NCBI RefSeq assembly: GCF_009914755.1
Contig: NC_060925.1
Length of the DNA stretch: 64,000 bases
Strand: one strand, 5' to 3'
From: the human T2T-CHM13v2.0 reference genome, Homo sapiens
Part shown: positions 1 to 13,300 of the stretch, piece by piece
How the letters are laid out: each line of letters opens with the position of its first letter
How positions within the stretch are numbered: position 1 is the first letter of the stretch
Position numbers and translations under genes: made by a program
The notes under the pieces: model-generated
The model's database searches: none
What the model was told of the DNA's origin: nothing
The model's input: the letters and a program-made list of their open reading frames with translations, nothing else

Positions 1-44
1 GAATCGAATGGAAACACCATCGAATTGAAACGAGTGGAATTATC

Positions 45-1820
45 ATGAAATTGAAATGGATGGACTCATCATCGAATGGATTCGAATGGAATCATCGAAT
101 AAAATTGATTGAAATCATCATCAAATGGAATCGAATGGTAGCATTGAATGGAATCGAATGGAATCATCATCAGATGGAAATGAATGGAATCGTCATAGAA
201 TGGAATCCAATGGATTCATTGAATGGAATCAGATGGAATCTTCGAATGGACTGGAATGGAATCATTGAATGGACTCAAAAGGGATCATTATTGAATGGAA
301 TTGAATGGAATCATCGAATGGTCTCGATTGGAATCATTATCAAATGGAATCGAATGGAATCACCGAATAGAATCGAATGGAACAATCATCGAATGGACTC
401 AAATGAAATTATCCTCAAGTGGAATCGAATGGAATTATCGAATGCAATCGAATGGAATTATCGAATGCAATCGAATAGAATCATCGAATGGACTCGAATG
501 GAATCATCGAATGGAATGGAATGGAACAGTCAATGAACTCGAATGGAATCATCATTGAATGGAATCGAATGGAATCATCGAGTGGAATCGAATGGAATTA
601 TGATCAAATGGAATCGAATGTAATCATCATCAAATGGAATCAAAAATAACCATCATCAATTGGTATTCAATGGAATTGTCATCAAATGGAATTCAAAGGT
701 ATCATCATCAAATGGAACCGAATGGAATCCTCATTGAATGGAAATGAAAGGGGTCATCATCTAATGGAATCGCATGGAATCATCATCAAATGGAATCGAA
801 TGGAATCATCATCAAATGGAATCTAATGGAATCATTGAACAGAATTGAATGGAATCGTCATCGAATGAATTGAATGCAATCATCGAATGGTCTCGAATGG
901 AATCATCTTCTAATGGAAAGTAATGGAATCATCGCATAGAATCGAATGGAATTAAAATTGAATGGACTCGAATGGAATCAACATCAAACGGAAAAAAACG
1001 GAATTATCGAATGGAATCGAAGAGAATCATCGAACGGACCCGAATGGAATCATCTAATGGAATGGAATGGAATAATCCATGGACTCGAATGCAATCATCA
1101 TCGAATGGAATCGAATGGAATCATCGAATGGACTCGAATGGAATAATCATTGAACGGAATCGAATGGAATCATCATCGGATGGAAAAGAATGGAATCATC
1201 ATCGAATGGAAATGAAAGGAGTCATCATCTAATGGAATTGCATGGAATCATCATAAAATGGAATCGAATGGAATCAACATCAAATGGAATCCAATGGAAT
1301 CATTGAACGGAATTGAATGGAATCGTCATCGAATCAATTGAATGCAATCATCGAATGGTCTCGAATGGAATCATGTTCAAATGGAATGGAATGGAATCAT
1401 CGCATAGAATCGAATGTAATTATCATCGAATGGAATCGAATGAAATCAACAACAAACGGAAAAAAAAGGAATTATCGAATGGAATCAAAGAGAATCATCG
1501 AATGGACACGAATGGAATCATCTAATGGAAGGGAATGGAATAATCCATGGACTCGAATGCAATCATCATCGAATGGAATCGAATGGAATCATCGAATGGA
1601 CTCGAATGGAATAATCATAGAACGGAATCGAATGGAATCATCATCGGATGGAAATGAATGGAATCACCATCGAATGGAATCGAATAGAATTATGGAATGA
1701 AATCCAGTGTGATCATCATCGAATGGACCCGAAGGGAATCATCATCCAACGGAAGCTAATGGAAACAACATCGAATGAATCGAATGGAAACACCATCGAA
1801 TTGAAACGAGTGGAATTATC
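45..1820 (+). repeat. Representative canonical 1,776-bp HSat2 unit (core plus two 468-bp modules)
   Basis: Anchor at 45, next anchor at 1821. Once-per-unit landmarks: AATAAAATTGATTGAAATC (~98), GAACAGTCAATGAACTC (~524), AAAAATAACCATCATCAATTGG (~642), EcoRI GAATTC (689-694), GAAATCCAGTGT (~1699). Anchors: 45, 1821, 3595, 5371, 7609, 9384, 10682, 11990, 13766, 15541, 16849, 18625, 20572, 22767, 24985, 26292, 29435, 30742, 32508, 34431, 36687, 37995, 38889, 40196, 41972, 43350, 45126, 46973, 48749, 50967, 52743, 55110, 57356, 58664, 60440, 62214, 63990. Confidence 0.95.
737..1672 (+). repeat. Two tandem copies of the internal 468-bp module of the unit
   Basis: GAATGGAAATGAAAGG(G/A)GTCATCATCTAATGG at ~737 and ~1204; ATGGAATCGTCATCGAAT at 849 and 1317 (offset 468). 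Each module carries CATCGCATAGAATC, the CGGAAAAAAA(C/G)GG A-tract and AATAATCCATGGACTC. Confidence 0.93.
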
Positions 1821-4800
1821 ATGAAATTGAAATGGATGGACTCATCATCGAATGGATTCGAATGGAATCATCGAATAAAATTGATTGAAATCATCATCAA
1901 ATGGAATCGAATGGTATCATTGAATGGAATCGAATGGAATCATCATCAGATGGAAATGAATGGAATCGTCATAGAATGGAATCGAATGGATTCATTGAAT
2001 GGAATCAGATGGAATCATCGAATGGACTGGAATGGAATCATTGAATGGACTCGAGAGGGATCATTATTGAATGGATGAATGGAATCATGGAATGGTCTCG
2101 ATTGGAATCATTATCAAATGGAATCGAATGGAATCACCGAATAGAATCGAATGGAACAATCATCGAATGGACTCCAATGGAATTATCCTCAAATGGAATC
2201 GAATGGAATTATCGAATGCAATCGAATGGAATTATCGAATGCAATCGAATAGAATCATCGAATGGACTCGAATGGAATCATCGAATGGAATGGAATGGAA
2301 CAGTCAATGAACTCGAATGGAATCATCATTGAATGGAATCGAATGGAATCATCGAGTGGAATCGAATGGAATTATGATCAAATGGAATCGAATGTAATCA
2401 TCATCAAATGGAATCAAAGATAACCATCATCAATTGGTATTGAATGGAATTGTCATCAAATGGAATTCAAAGGAATCATCACCAAATGGAACCGAAAGGA
2501 ATCCTCATTGAATGGAAATGAAAGGGGTCATCATCTAATGGATTCGCATGGAATCATCATCAAATGGAATCGAATGGAATCATCATCAGATGGAATCTAA
2601 TGGAATCATTGAACAGAATTGAATGGAATCGTCATCGAATGAATTGAATGCAATCATCGAATGGTCTCGAACGGAATCATCTTCTAATGGAAAGGAATGG
2701 AATCATCGCATAGAATCGAATGGAATTAACATTGAATGGACTCGAATGGAATCAACATCAAACGGAATCAAGCGGAATTATCGAATGGAATCGAAGAGAA
2801 TCATCGAATGGACTCGAATGGAATCATCTAATGGAATGGAATGGAATAATCCACGGACTCGAATGCAATCATCATCGTATAGAATCGAATGGAATCATCG
2901 AAAGGACTCGAAAGGAATAATCATTGAACGGAATCGAATGGAATCATCATCGGATGGAAACTAATGGAATCATCATCGAATGGAAATGAAAGGAGTCATC
3001 ATCTAATGGAATTGCATGGAATCATCATAAAATGGAATCGAATGGAATCATCATCAAATGGAATCAAATGGAATCATTGAACGGAATTGAATGGAATCGT
3101 CATCGAATGAATTGAATGCAATCATCCAATGGTCTCGAATGTAATCATCTTCAAATGGAATGGAATGGAATCATCGCATAGAATCGAATGGAATTATCAT
3201 CGAATGGAATCGAATGGAATCAACATCAAATGGAAAAAAACGGAATTATCGAATGGAATCGAAGAGAATCATCGAATGGACCCGAATGGAATCATCTAAT
3301 GGAATGGAATGGAATAATCCATGAACTCGAATGCAATCATCATCGAATGGAATCGAATGGAATCATCGAATGGACTCGAATGGAATAATCATCAAACGGA
3401 ATCGAATGGAATCATCATCGGATGGAAATGAATAGAATCATCATCGAATGGAATCGAATAGAATTATGGAATGAAATCCAGTGTGATCATCATCGAATGG
3501 ACCCGAATGGAATCATCATCCAACGGAAGCTAATGGAATCAACATCGAATGAATCGAATGGAAACACCATCGAATTGAAACGAATGGAATTATCATGAAA
3601 TTGAAATGGATGGACTCATCATCGAATGGATTCGAATGGAATCATCGAATAAAATTGATTGAAATCATCATCAAATGGAATCGAATGGTATCATTGAATG
3701 GAATCGAATGGAATCATCATCAGATGGAAATGAATGGAATCGTCATAGAATGGAATCGAATGGATTCATTGAGTGGAATCAGATGGAATCATCGAATGGA
3801 CTGGAATGGAATCACTGAATGGACTCGAAAGGGATCATCATTGAATGGAATTGAATGGAATCATCGAATGGTCTCGATTGGAATCATTATCAAATGGAAT
3901 CGAATGAAATCACCGAATAGAATCGAATGGAACAATCATCGAATGGACTCAAATGGAATTATCTTCAAATGGAATCGAATGGAATTATCGAATGCAATCG
4001 AATGGAATTATCGAATGCAATCGAATAGAATCATCGAATGGACTCGAATGGAATCATCAAATGGAATGGAATGGAACAGTCAATGAACTCGAATGGAATC
4101 ATCATTGAATGGAATCGAATGGAATCATCGAGTGGAATCGAATGGAATTATGATCAAATGGAATCGAATGTAATCATCATCAAATGGAATCAAAAATAAC
4201 CATCATCAATTGGTATTGAATGGATTTGTCATCAAATGGAATTCAAAGGAATCATCATCAAATGGAACCGAATGGAATCCTCATTGAATGGAAATGAAAG
4301 GGGTCATCATCTAATGGAATCGCATGGAATCATCATCAAATGGAATCGAATGCAATCTTCATCAAATGGAATCTAATGGAATCATTGAACAGAATTGAAT
4401 GGAATCGTCATCGAATGAATTGAATGCAATCATCGAATGGTCTCGAATGGAAACATCTTCTAATGGAAAGGAATGGAATCATCGCATAGAATCGAATGGA
4501 ATTAACATTGAATGGACTCGAATGGAATCCACATCAAACGGAATCAAGCGGAATTATCGAATGGAATCGAAGAGAATCATCCAATGGACTCGAATGGAAT
4601 CATCTAATGGAATGGAATGGAATAATCCACGGACTCGAATGCTATCATCATCGTATAGAATCGAATGGAATCATCGAATGGACTCGAATGGAATAATCAT
4701 TGAACGGAATCAAATGGAATCATCATCGGATGGAAACGAATGGAATCATCATCGAATGGAAATGAAAAGAGTTATCATCTAATGGAATTGCATGGAATCA

Positions 4801-7349
4801 TCATAAAATGGAATCGAATGGAATCAACATCAAATGGAATCAAATGGAATCATTGAACGGAATTGAATGGAATCGTCATCGAATGAATTGAATGCAATCA
4901 TCGAATGGTCTCGAATGGAATCATCTTCAAATGGAATGGTATGGAATCCTCGCATAGAATCGAATGTAATTATCATCGAATGGAATCGAATGAAATCAAC
5001 AACAAACGGAAAAAAAAGGAATTATCGAATGGAATCGAAGAGAATCATCGAATGGACCCGAATGGAATGATCTAATGGAATGGAATGGAATAATCCATGG
5101 ACTCGAATGCAATCATCATCGAATGGAATCGAATCGAATCATCGAATGGACTCGAATGGAATAATCATTGAACGGAATCGCATGGAGTCATCATCGGATG
5201 GAACTGAATGGAATCATCATCGAATGGAATCGAATAGAATTATGGAATGAAATCCAGTGTGATCAGCATCGAATGGACCCGAATGGAATCATCATCCAAC
5301 GGAAGCTAATGGAATCAACATCGAATGAATCGAATGGAAACACCATCGAATTGAAACGAATGGAATTATCATGAAAGTGATATGGATGGACTCGTCATCG
5401 AATGGATTCGAATGGAATCATCGAATAAAATTGATTGAAATCATCATCAAGTGGAATCGAATGGTATCATTGAATGGAATCGAATGGAATCATCAGATGG
5501 AAATGAATTGAATCGTCATAGAATGGAATCGAATGGATTCATTGAATGGAATCAGATGGAATCATCGAATGGACTGGAATGGAATCATTGAATGGACTCG
5601 AAAGGGATCATTATTGAATGGAATTGAATGGAATCATCGAATGGTCTCGATTGGAATCATTATCAAATGGAATCGAATGGAATCACCGAATAGAATCGAA
5701 TGGAACAATCATCGAATGGACACAAATGGAATTATCCTCAAATGGAATCGAATGGAATTATCGAATGCAATCGAATGGAATTATCGAATGCAATCGAATA
5801 GAATCATCGAATAGATTCGAATGGAATCATCGAATGGAATGGAATGGAACAGTCAATGAACTCGAATGGAATCATCATTGAATGGAATCGAATGGAATCA
5901 TCGAGTGGAATCGAATGGAATTTTGATCAAAAGGAATCGAATGTAATCATCATCAAATGGAATCAAAAATAACAATCATCAATTGGTATTGAATGGAATT
6001 GTCATCAAATGGAATTCAAAGGAATCATCATCAAATGGAACCGAATGGAATCCTCATTGAATGGAAATGAAAGGGGTCATCATCTAATGGAATCACATGG
6101 AATCATCATCAAATGGAATCGAAAGGAATCATCATCAAATGGAATCTAATGGAATCATTGAACAGAATTGAATGGAATCGTCATCGAATGAATTGAATAC
6201 AATCATCGAATGGTCTCGAATGGAATCATCTTCTAATGGAAAGGAATGGAATCATCGCATAGAATCGAATGGAATTAACATTGAATGGACTCGAATGGAA
6301 TCAACATCTAACGGAATCAAGCGGAATTATCGAATGTAATCGAAGAGAACCATCGAATGGACTCGAATGGAATCATCTAATGGAATGGAATGGAATAATC
6401 CACGGACTCGAATGCAATCATCATCGTATAGAATCGAATGGAATCATTGAATGGACTCGAATGGAATCATCATTGAACGGAATCGAATGGAATCATCATC
6501 GGATGGAAACGAATGGAATTATCATCGAATGGAAATGAAAGGAGTCATCATCTAATGGAATCGCATGGAATCATCATAAAATGGAATTGAATGGAATCAA
6601 CATCAAATGGAATCAAATGGAATCATTGAACGGAATTGAATGGAATCGTCATCGTATGAATTGAATGCAATCATCGAATGGTCTCGAATGGAATCATCTT
6701 CAAATGGAATGGAATGGAATCATCGCATAGAATCGAATGGAATTATCATCGAATGGAATCGAAAGGTATCAACATCAAACGGAAAAAAACGGAATTATCG
6801 AATGGAATCGAAGAGAATCATCGAACGGACCCGAATGGAATCATCTAATGGAAAGGAATGGAATAATCCATGGACTGGAATCCAATCATCATCGAATGGA
6901 ATCGAATGGAATCATTGAAAGGACTCTAATGGAATAATCATTGAACGGAATCGAATGGAATCATCATCGAATGGAAACTAATGGAATCATCATCGAATGG
7001 AAATGAAAGGAGTCATCTAATGGAATTGCACGGAATCAACATAAAATGGAATCGAATGGAATCAACATCAAATGGAATGAAATGGAATCATTGAACGGAA
7101 TTGAATGGAATCTTCATCGAATGAATTGAATGCAATCATCGAATGGTCTCGAATGGAATCATCTTCAAATGGAATGGAATGGAATCATCGCATAGAATTG
7201 AATGGAATTATCATCGAATGGAATCGAATGGAATCAACATCAAACGGAAAAAAACGGAATTATCGAATGGAATCGAAGAGAATCATAGAATGGTCCAGAA
7301 TGGAATCATCTAATGGAATGGAATGGAATAATCCATGGACTCGAATGCA

Positions 7350-10300
7350 ATCATCATCTAATGGAATCGAATGGAATCATCGAATGGACTCGAATGGAAT
7401 AATCATTGAACGGAATCGAATGGAATCATCATCGGATGGAAATGAATGGAATCATTATCGAATGGAATCGAATAGAATTATGGAATGAAATCCAGTGTCA
7501 TCATCATCGAATGGACCCGAATGGAATCATCATCCAACGGAAGCTAATGGAATCAACATCGAATGAATCGAATGGAAACACCATCGAATTGAAACGAGTG
7601 GAATTATCATGAAATTGAAATGGATGGACTCATCATCGAATGGATTCGAATGGAATCATCGAATAAAATTGATTGAAATCGTCATCAAATGGAATCGAAT
7701 GGAAGCATTGAGTGGAATCGAATGGAATCATCATCAGATGGAAATGAATGGAATCGTCATAGAATGGAATCGAATGGATTCATTGAATGGAATCAGATGG
7801 AATCTTCGAATGGACTGGAATGGAATCATTGAATGGACTCGAAAGGGATCATTATTGAATGGAATTGAATGGAATCATCGAATGGTCTCGATTGGAATCA
7901 TTATCAAATGGAATCGAATGGAATCACCGAATAGAATCGAATGGAACAATCATCGAATGGACTCAAATGAAATTATCCTCAAGTGGAATCGAATGGAATT
8001 ATCGAATGCAATCGAATGGAATTATCGAATGCAATCGAATAGAATCATCGAATGGACTCGAATGTAATCATCAAATGGAATGGAATGGAACAGTCAATGA
8101 ACTCGAATGGAATCATCATTGAATGGAATCGAATGGAATCATCGAGTGGAATCAAATGGAATTATGATCAAATGGAATCGAATGTAATCATCATCAAATG
8201 GAATCAAAAATAACCATCATCAATTGGTATTCAATGGAATTGTCATCAAATGGAATTCAAAGGTATCATCATCAAATGGAACCGAATGGAATCCTCATTG
8301 AATGGAAATGAAAGGGGTCATCATCTAATGGAATCGCATGGAATCATCATCAAATGGAATCGAATGGAATCATCATCAAATGGAATCTAATGGAATCATT
8401 GAAAGAATTGAATGGAATCGTCATCGAATGAATTGAATGCAATCATCGAATGGTCTCGAATGGAATCATCTTCTAATGGAAAGGAATGGAATCATCGCAT
8501 AGAATCGAATGGAATTATCATCGAATGGAATCGAATGGTATCAACACCAAAAGGAAAAAAACGGAATTATGGAATGGAATCGAAGAGAATCTTCGAACGG
8601 AACCGAATGGAATCATCTAATGGAATGGAATGGAATAATCCATGGACTCGAATGCAATCATCAACGAATGGAATCGAATGGAATCATCGAATGGACTCGA
8701 ATGGAATAATCATTGAATGGAATCGAATGGAATCATCATCGGATGGAAACGAATGGAATCATCATCGAATGGAAATGAAAGGAGTCATCATCTAATGGAA
8801 TTGCATGGAATCATCATCAAATGGAATCGAATGGAATCAACATCAAATGGAATCAAATGGAATCATTGAACGGAATTGAATGGAATCGTCATCGAATGAA
8901 TTGAATGCAATCATCGAATGGTCTCGAATGGAAACATCTTCAAATGGAATGGAATGGAATCATCGCATACAATCGAATGGAATTATCATCGAATGGAATC
9001 GAATGGAATCAACATCAAACGGAAAAAAACGGAATTATCGAATGGAATCGAAGAGAATCATCGAATGGACCCGAATGGAATCATCTAATGGAATGGAATG
9101 GAATAATCCATGGACTCGAATGCAATCATCATCGAATGGAATCGAATGGAATCATCGAATGGACTCGAATGGAATAATCATTGAACGGAATCGAATGGAA
9201 TCATCATCGGATGGAAATGAATGGAATCATCATCGAATGGAATCGAATAGAATTATGGAATGAAATCCAGTGTGATCATCATCGAATGGACCCGAATGGA
9301 ATCATCATCCAACGGAAGCTAATGGAATCAACATCGAATGAATCAAATGGAAACACCATCGAATTGAAACGAATGGAATTACCATGAAATTGAAATGGAT
9401 GGACTCATCCTCAAATGGATTCGAGTGGAATCATCGAATAAAATTGATTGAAATCATCATCGAATGGAATCGAATGGTATCATTGAATGGAATCGAATGG
9501 AATCATCATCAGATGGAAATGAAAGGAATCGTCATAGAATGGAATCGAATGGATTCATTGAATGGAATCAGATGGAATCATTGAATGGACTGGAATGGAA
9601 TCATTGAATGGACTCGAAAGGGATCATTATTGAATGGAATTGAATGGAATCATCGAATGGTCTCGATTGGAATCATTATCAAATGGAATCGAATGGAATC
9701 ACCAAATAGAATCGAATGGAACAATCATCGAATGGACTCAAATGGAATTATCCTCAAATGGAATTGAATGGAATTATCGAATGCAATCGAATGGAATTAT
9801 CGAATGCAATCGAATAGAATCATCGAATGGACTCGAATGGAATCATCGAATGGAATGGAATGGAACAGTCAATGAACTCGAATGGAATCATCATTGAATG
9901 GAATCGAATGGAATCATCGAGTGGAATCGAATGTAATCATCATCAAATGGAATCAAAAATAACCATCATCAAATGGAATCAAAAATAACCATCATCAATT
10001 GGTATTGAATGGAATTCTCATCAAATGGAATTCAAAGGAATCATCATCGAATGGAACCGAATGGAATCCTCATTGAATGGAAATGAAAGGGGTCATCATC
10101 TAATGGAAGCGCATGGAATCATCATCAAATGGAATCGAATGGAATCAACATCAAATGGAATCAAATGGAATCATTGAACGGAATTGAATGGAATCGTCAT
10201 CGAATGAATTGAATGCAATCATCGAATGGTCTCGAATGGAATCATCTTCAAATGGAATGGAATGGAATCATCGCATAGAATCGAATGGAATTTTCATCGA

Positions 10301-13300
10301 ATGGAATCGAATGGAATCAACATCAAACGGAAAAAAACGGAATTATCGAATGGAATCGAAGAGAATCACCGAATGGACCCGAATGGAATCATCTAATGGA
10401 ATGGAATGGAATAATCCATGGACTCGAATGCAATCATCATCGAATGGAATCATCGAATGGACTCGAATGGAATAATCATTGAACGGAATCGAATGGAATC
10501 ATCATCGGATGGAAATGAATGGAATCATCATCGAATGGAATCGAATAGAATTATGGAATGAAATCCAGTGTGATCATCATCGAATGGACCCGAATGGAAT
10601 CATCATCCAACGGAAGCTAATGGAATCAACATCGAATGAATCAAATGGAAACACCATCGAATTGAAACGAATGGAATTACCATGAAATTGAAATGGATGG
10701 ACTCATCCTCAAATGGATTCGAGTGGAATCATCGAATAAAATCGATTGAAATCATCATCGAATGGAATAGAATGGTATCATTGAATGGAATCGAATGGAA
10801 TAATCATCAGATGGAAATGAAAGGAATCGTCATAGAATGGAATCGAATGGATTCATTGAATGGAATCAGATGGAATCATTGAATGGACTGGAATGGAATC
10901 ATTGAATGGACTCGAAAGGGATCATTATTGAATGGAATTGAATGGAATCATCGAATGGTCTCGATTGGAATCATTATCAAATGGAATCGAATGGAATCAC
11001 CGAATAGAATCGAATGGAACAATCATCGAATGGACTCAAATGGAATTATCCTCAAATGGAATCGAATGGAATTATCGAATGCAATCGAATGGAATTATCG
11101 AATGCAATCGAATAGAATCATCGAATGGACTCGAATGGAATCATCGAATGGAATGGAATGGAACAGTCAATGAACTCGAATGGAATCATCATTGAATGGA
11201 ATCGAATGGAATCATCGAGTGGAATCGAATGTCATCATCATCAAATGGAATCAAAAATAACCATCATCAAATGGAATCAAAAGTAACCATCATCAATTGG
11301 TATTGAATGGAATTCTCATCAAATGGAATTCAAAGGAATCATCATCAAATGGAACCGAATGGAATCCTCATTGAATGGAAATGAAAGGGGTCATCATCTA
11401 ATGGAATCGCATGGAATCATCATAAAATGGAATAGAATGGAATAAACATCAAATGGAATCAAATGGAATCATTGAACGGAATTGAATGGAATCGTCATCG
11501 AATGAATTGAATGCAATCATCGAATGGTCTCGAATGGAATCATCTTCAAATGGAATGGAATGGAATCATCGCATAGAATCGAATGGAATTATCATCGAAT
11601 GGAATCGAATGGAATCAACATCAAACGGAAAAAAACGGAATTATCGAATGGAATCGAAGAGAATCATCGAATGGACCCGAATGGAATCATCTAATGGAAT
11701 GGAATGGAATAATCCATGGACTCGAATGCAATCATCATCGAATGGAATCGAATGGAATCATCGAATGGACTCGAATGGAATAATCATTGAACGGAATCGA
11801 ATGGAATCATCATCGGATGGAAATGAATGGAATCATCATCGAATGGAATCGAATAGAATTATGGAATGAAATCCAGTGTGATCATCATCGAATGGACCCG
11901 AATGGAATCATCATCCATCGGAAGCAAATGGAATCAACATCGAATGAATCGAATGGAAACACCATCGAATTGAAACGAATGGAATTATCATGAAATTGAA
12001 ATGGATGGACTCATCATCGAATGGATTCGAATGGAATCATCGAATAAAATTGATTGAAATCATCATCAAATGGAATCGAATGGTATCATTGAATGGAATC
12101 GAATGGAATCATCATCAGATGGAAATGAATGGAATCGTCATAGAATGGAATCGAATGGATTCATTGAATGGAATCAGATGGAATCATCGAATGGACTGGA
12201 ATGGAATCATTGAATGGACTCGAAAGGGATCATGATTGAATGGAATTGAATGGAATCATCGAATGGTCTCGATTGGAATCATTATCAAATGGAATCGAAT
12301 GGAATCACCGAATAGAATCGAATGGAACAATCATCGAATGGACTCAAATGGAATTATCCTCAAATGGAATCGAATGGAATTATCGAATGCAATCGAATGG
12401 AATTATCGAATGCAATCGAATAGAATCATCGAATGGACTCGAATGGAATCATCGAATGGAATGGAATGGAACAGTCAATGAACTCGAATGGAATCATCAT
12501 TGAATGGAATCGAATGGAATCATCGAGTGGAATCGAATGGAATTATGATCAAATGGAATCGAATGTAATCATCATCAAATGGAATCAAAAATAACCATCA
12601 TCAATTGGTATTGAATGGAATTGTCATCAAATGGAATTCAAAGGAAACATCATCAAATGGAACCGAATGGAATCCTCATTGAATGGAAATGAAAGGGGTC
12701 ATCATATAATGGAATCGCATGGAATCATCATCAAATGGAATCGAATGGAATCATCATCAAATGGAATCTAATGGAATCATTCAACAGAATTGAATGGAAT
12801 CGTCATCGAATGAATTGAATGCAATCATCGAATGGTCTCGAATGGAACCATCTTCTAATGGAAAGGAATGGAATCATCGCATAGAATCGAATGGAATTGT
12901 CATCGAATGGAATCGAATGGTATCAACACCAAACGGAAAAAAACGGAATTATCGAATGGAATCGAAGAGAATCTTCGAACGGACCCGAATGGAATCATCT
13001 AATGGAATGGAATGGAATAATCCATGGTCTCGAATGCAATCATCATCGAATGGAATCGAATGGAATCATCGAATGGACTCGAATGCAATAATCATTGAAC
13101 GGAATCGAATGGAATCATCATCGGATGGAAACGAATGGAATCATCATCGGATGGGAATGAAAGGAGTCATCATCTAATGGAATTGCATGGAATCATCATC
13201 AAATGGAATCGAATGGAATCAACATCAAATGGAATCAAATGGAATCATTGAACGGAATTGAATGGAATCGTCATCGAATGAATTGAATGCAATCATCGAA

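Larger units (their letters stand above)
1..5381 (+). repeat. Copy 1 of a 58,619-bp-period macro-repeat (matches 58620-64000)
   Basis: Constant offset of 58,619 for all anchors (45/58664, 1821/60440, 3595/62214, 5371/63990), plus shared private variants: 2-bp deletion at ~2075, GGAAAGTAAT, CGCATGGAGTC, GATCAGCATC, ATGAAAGTGAT. Confidence 0.93.

Noticed and set aside
987-1003. A-tract CGGAAAAAAACGG as a terminator or retroposon tail
   Set aside because: It is only 7-9 A long, is an integral part of most modules, and has no hairpin or target-site duplication.
737-1204. 468 = 18 x 26 as evidence of a perfect 18-mer of the 26-bp repeat
   Set aside because: The module visibly mixes 23- and 26-bp sub-repeats and pentamer runs, so the arithmetic may be coincidence; it is not supportable without an alignment.
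8588-8600. GAAnnTTC heat-shock-element-like motif (GAATCTTCGAA)
   Set aside because: Only two correctly spaced nGAAn units are present; a canonical HSE needs three alternating units.
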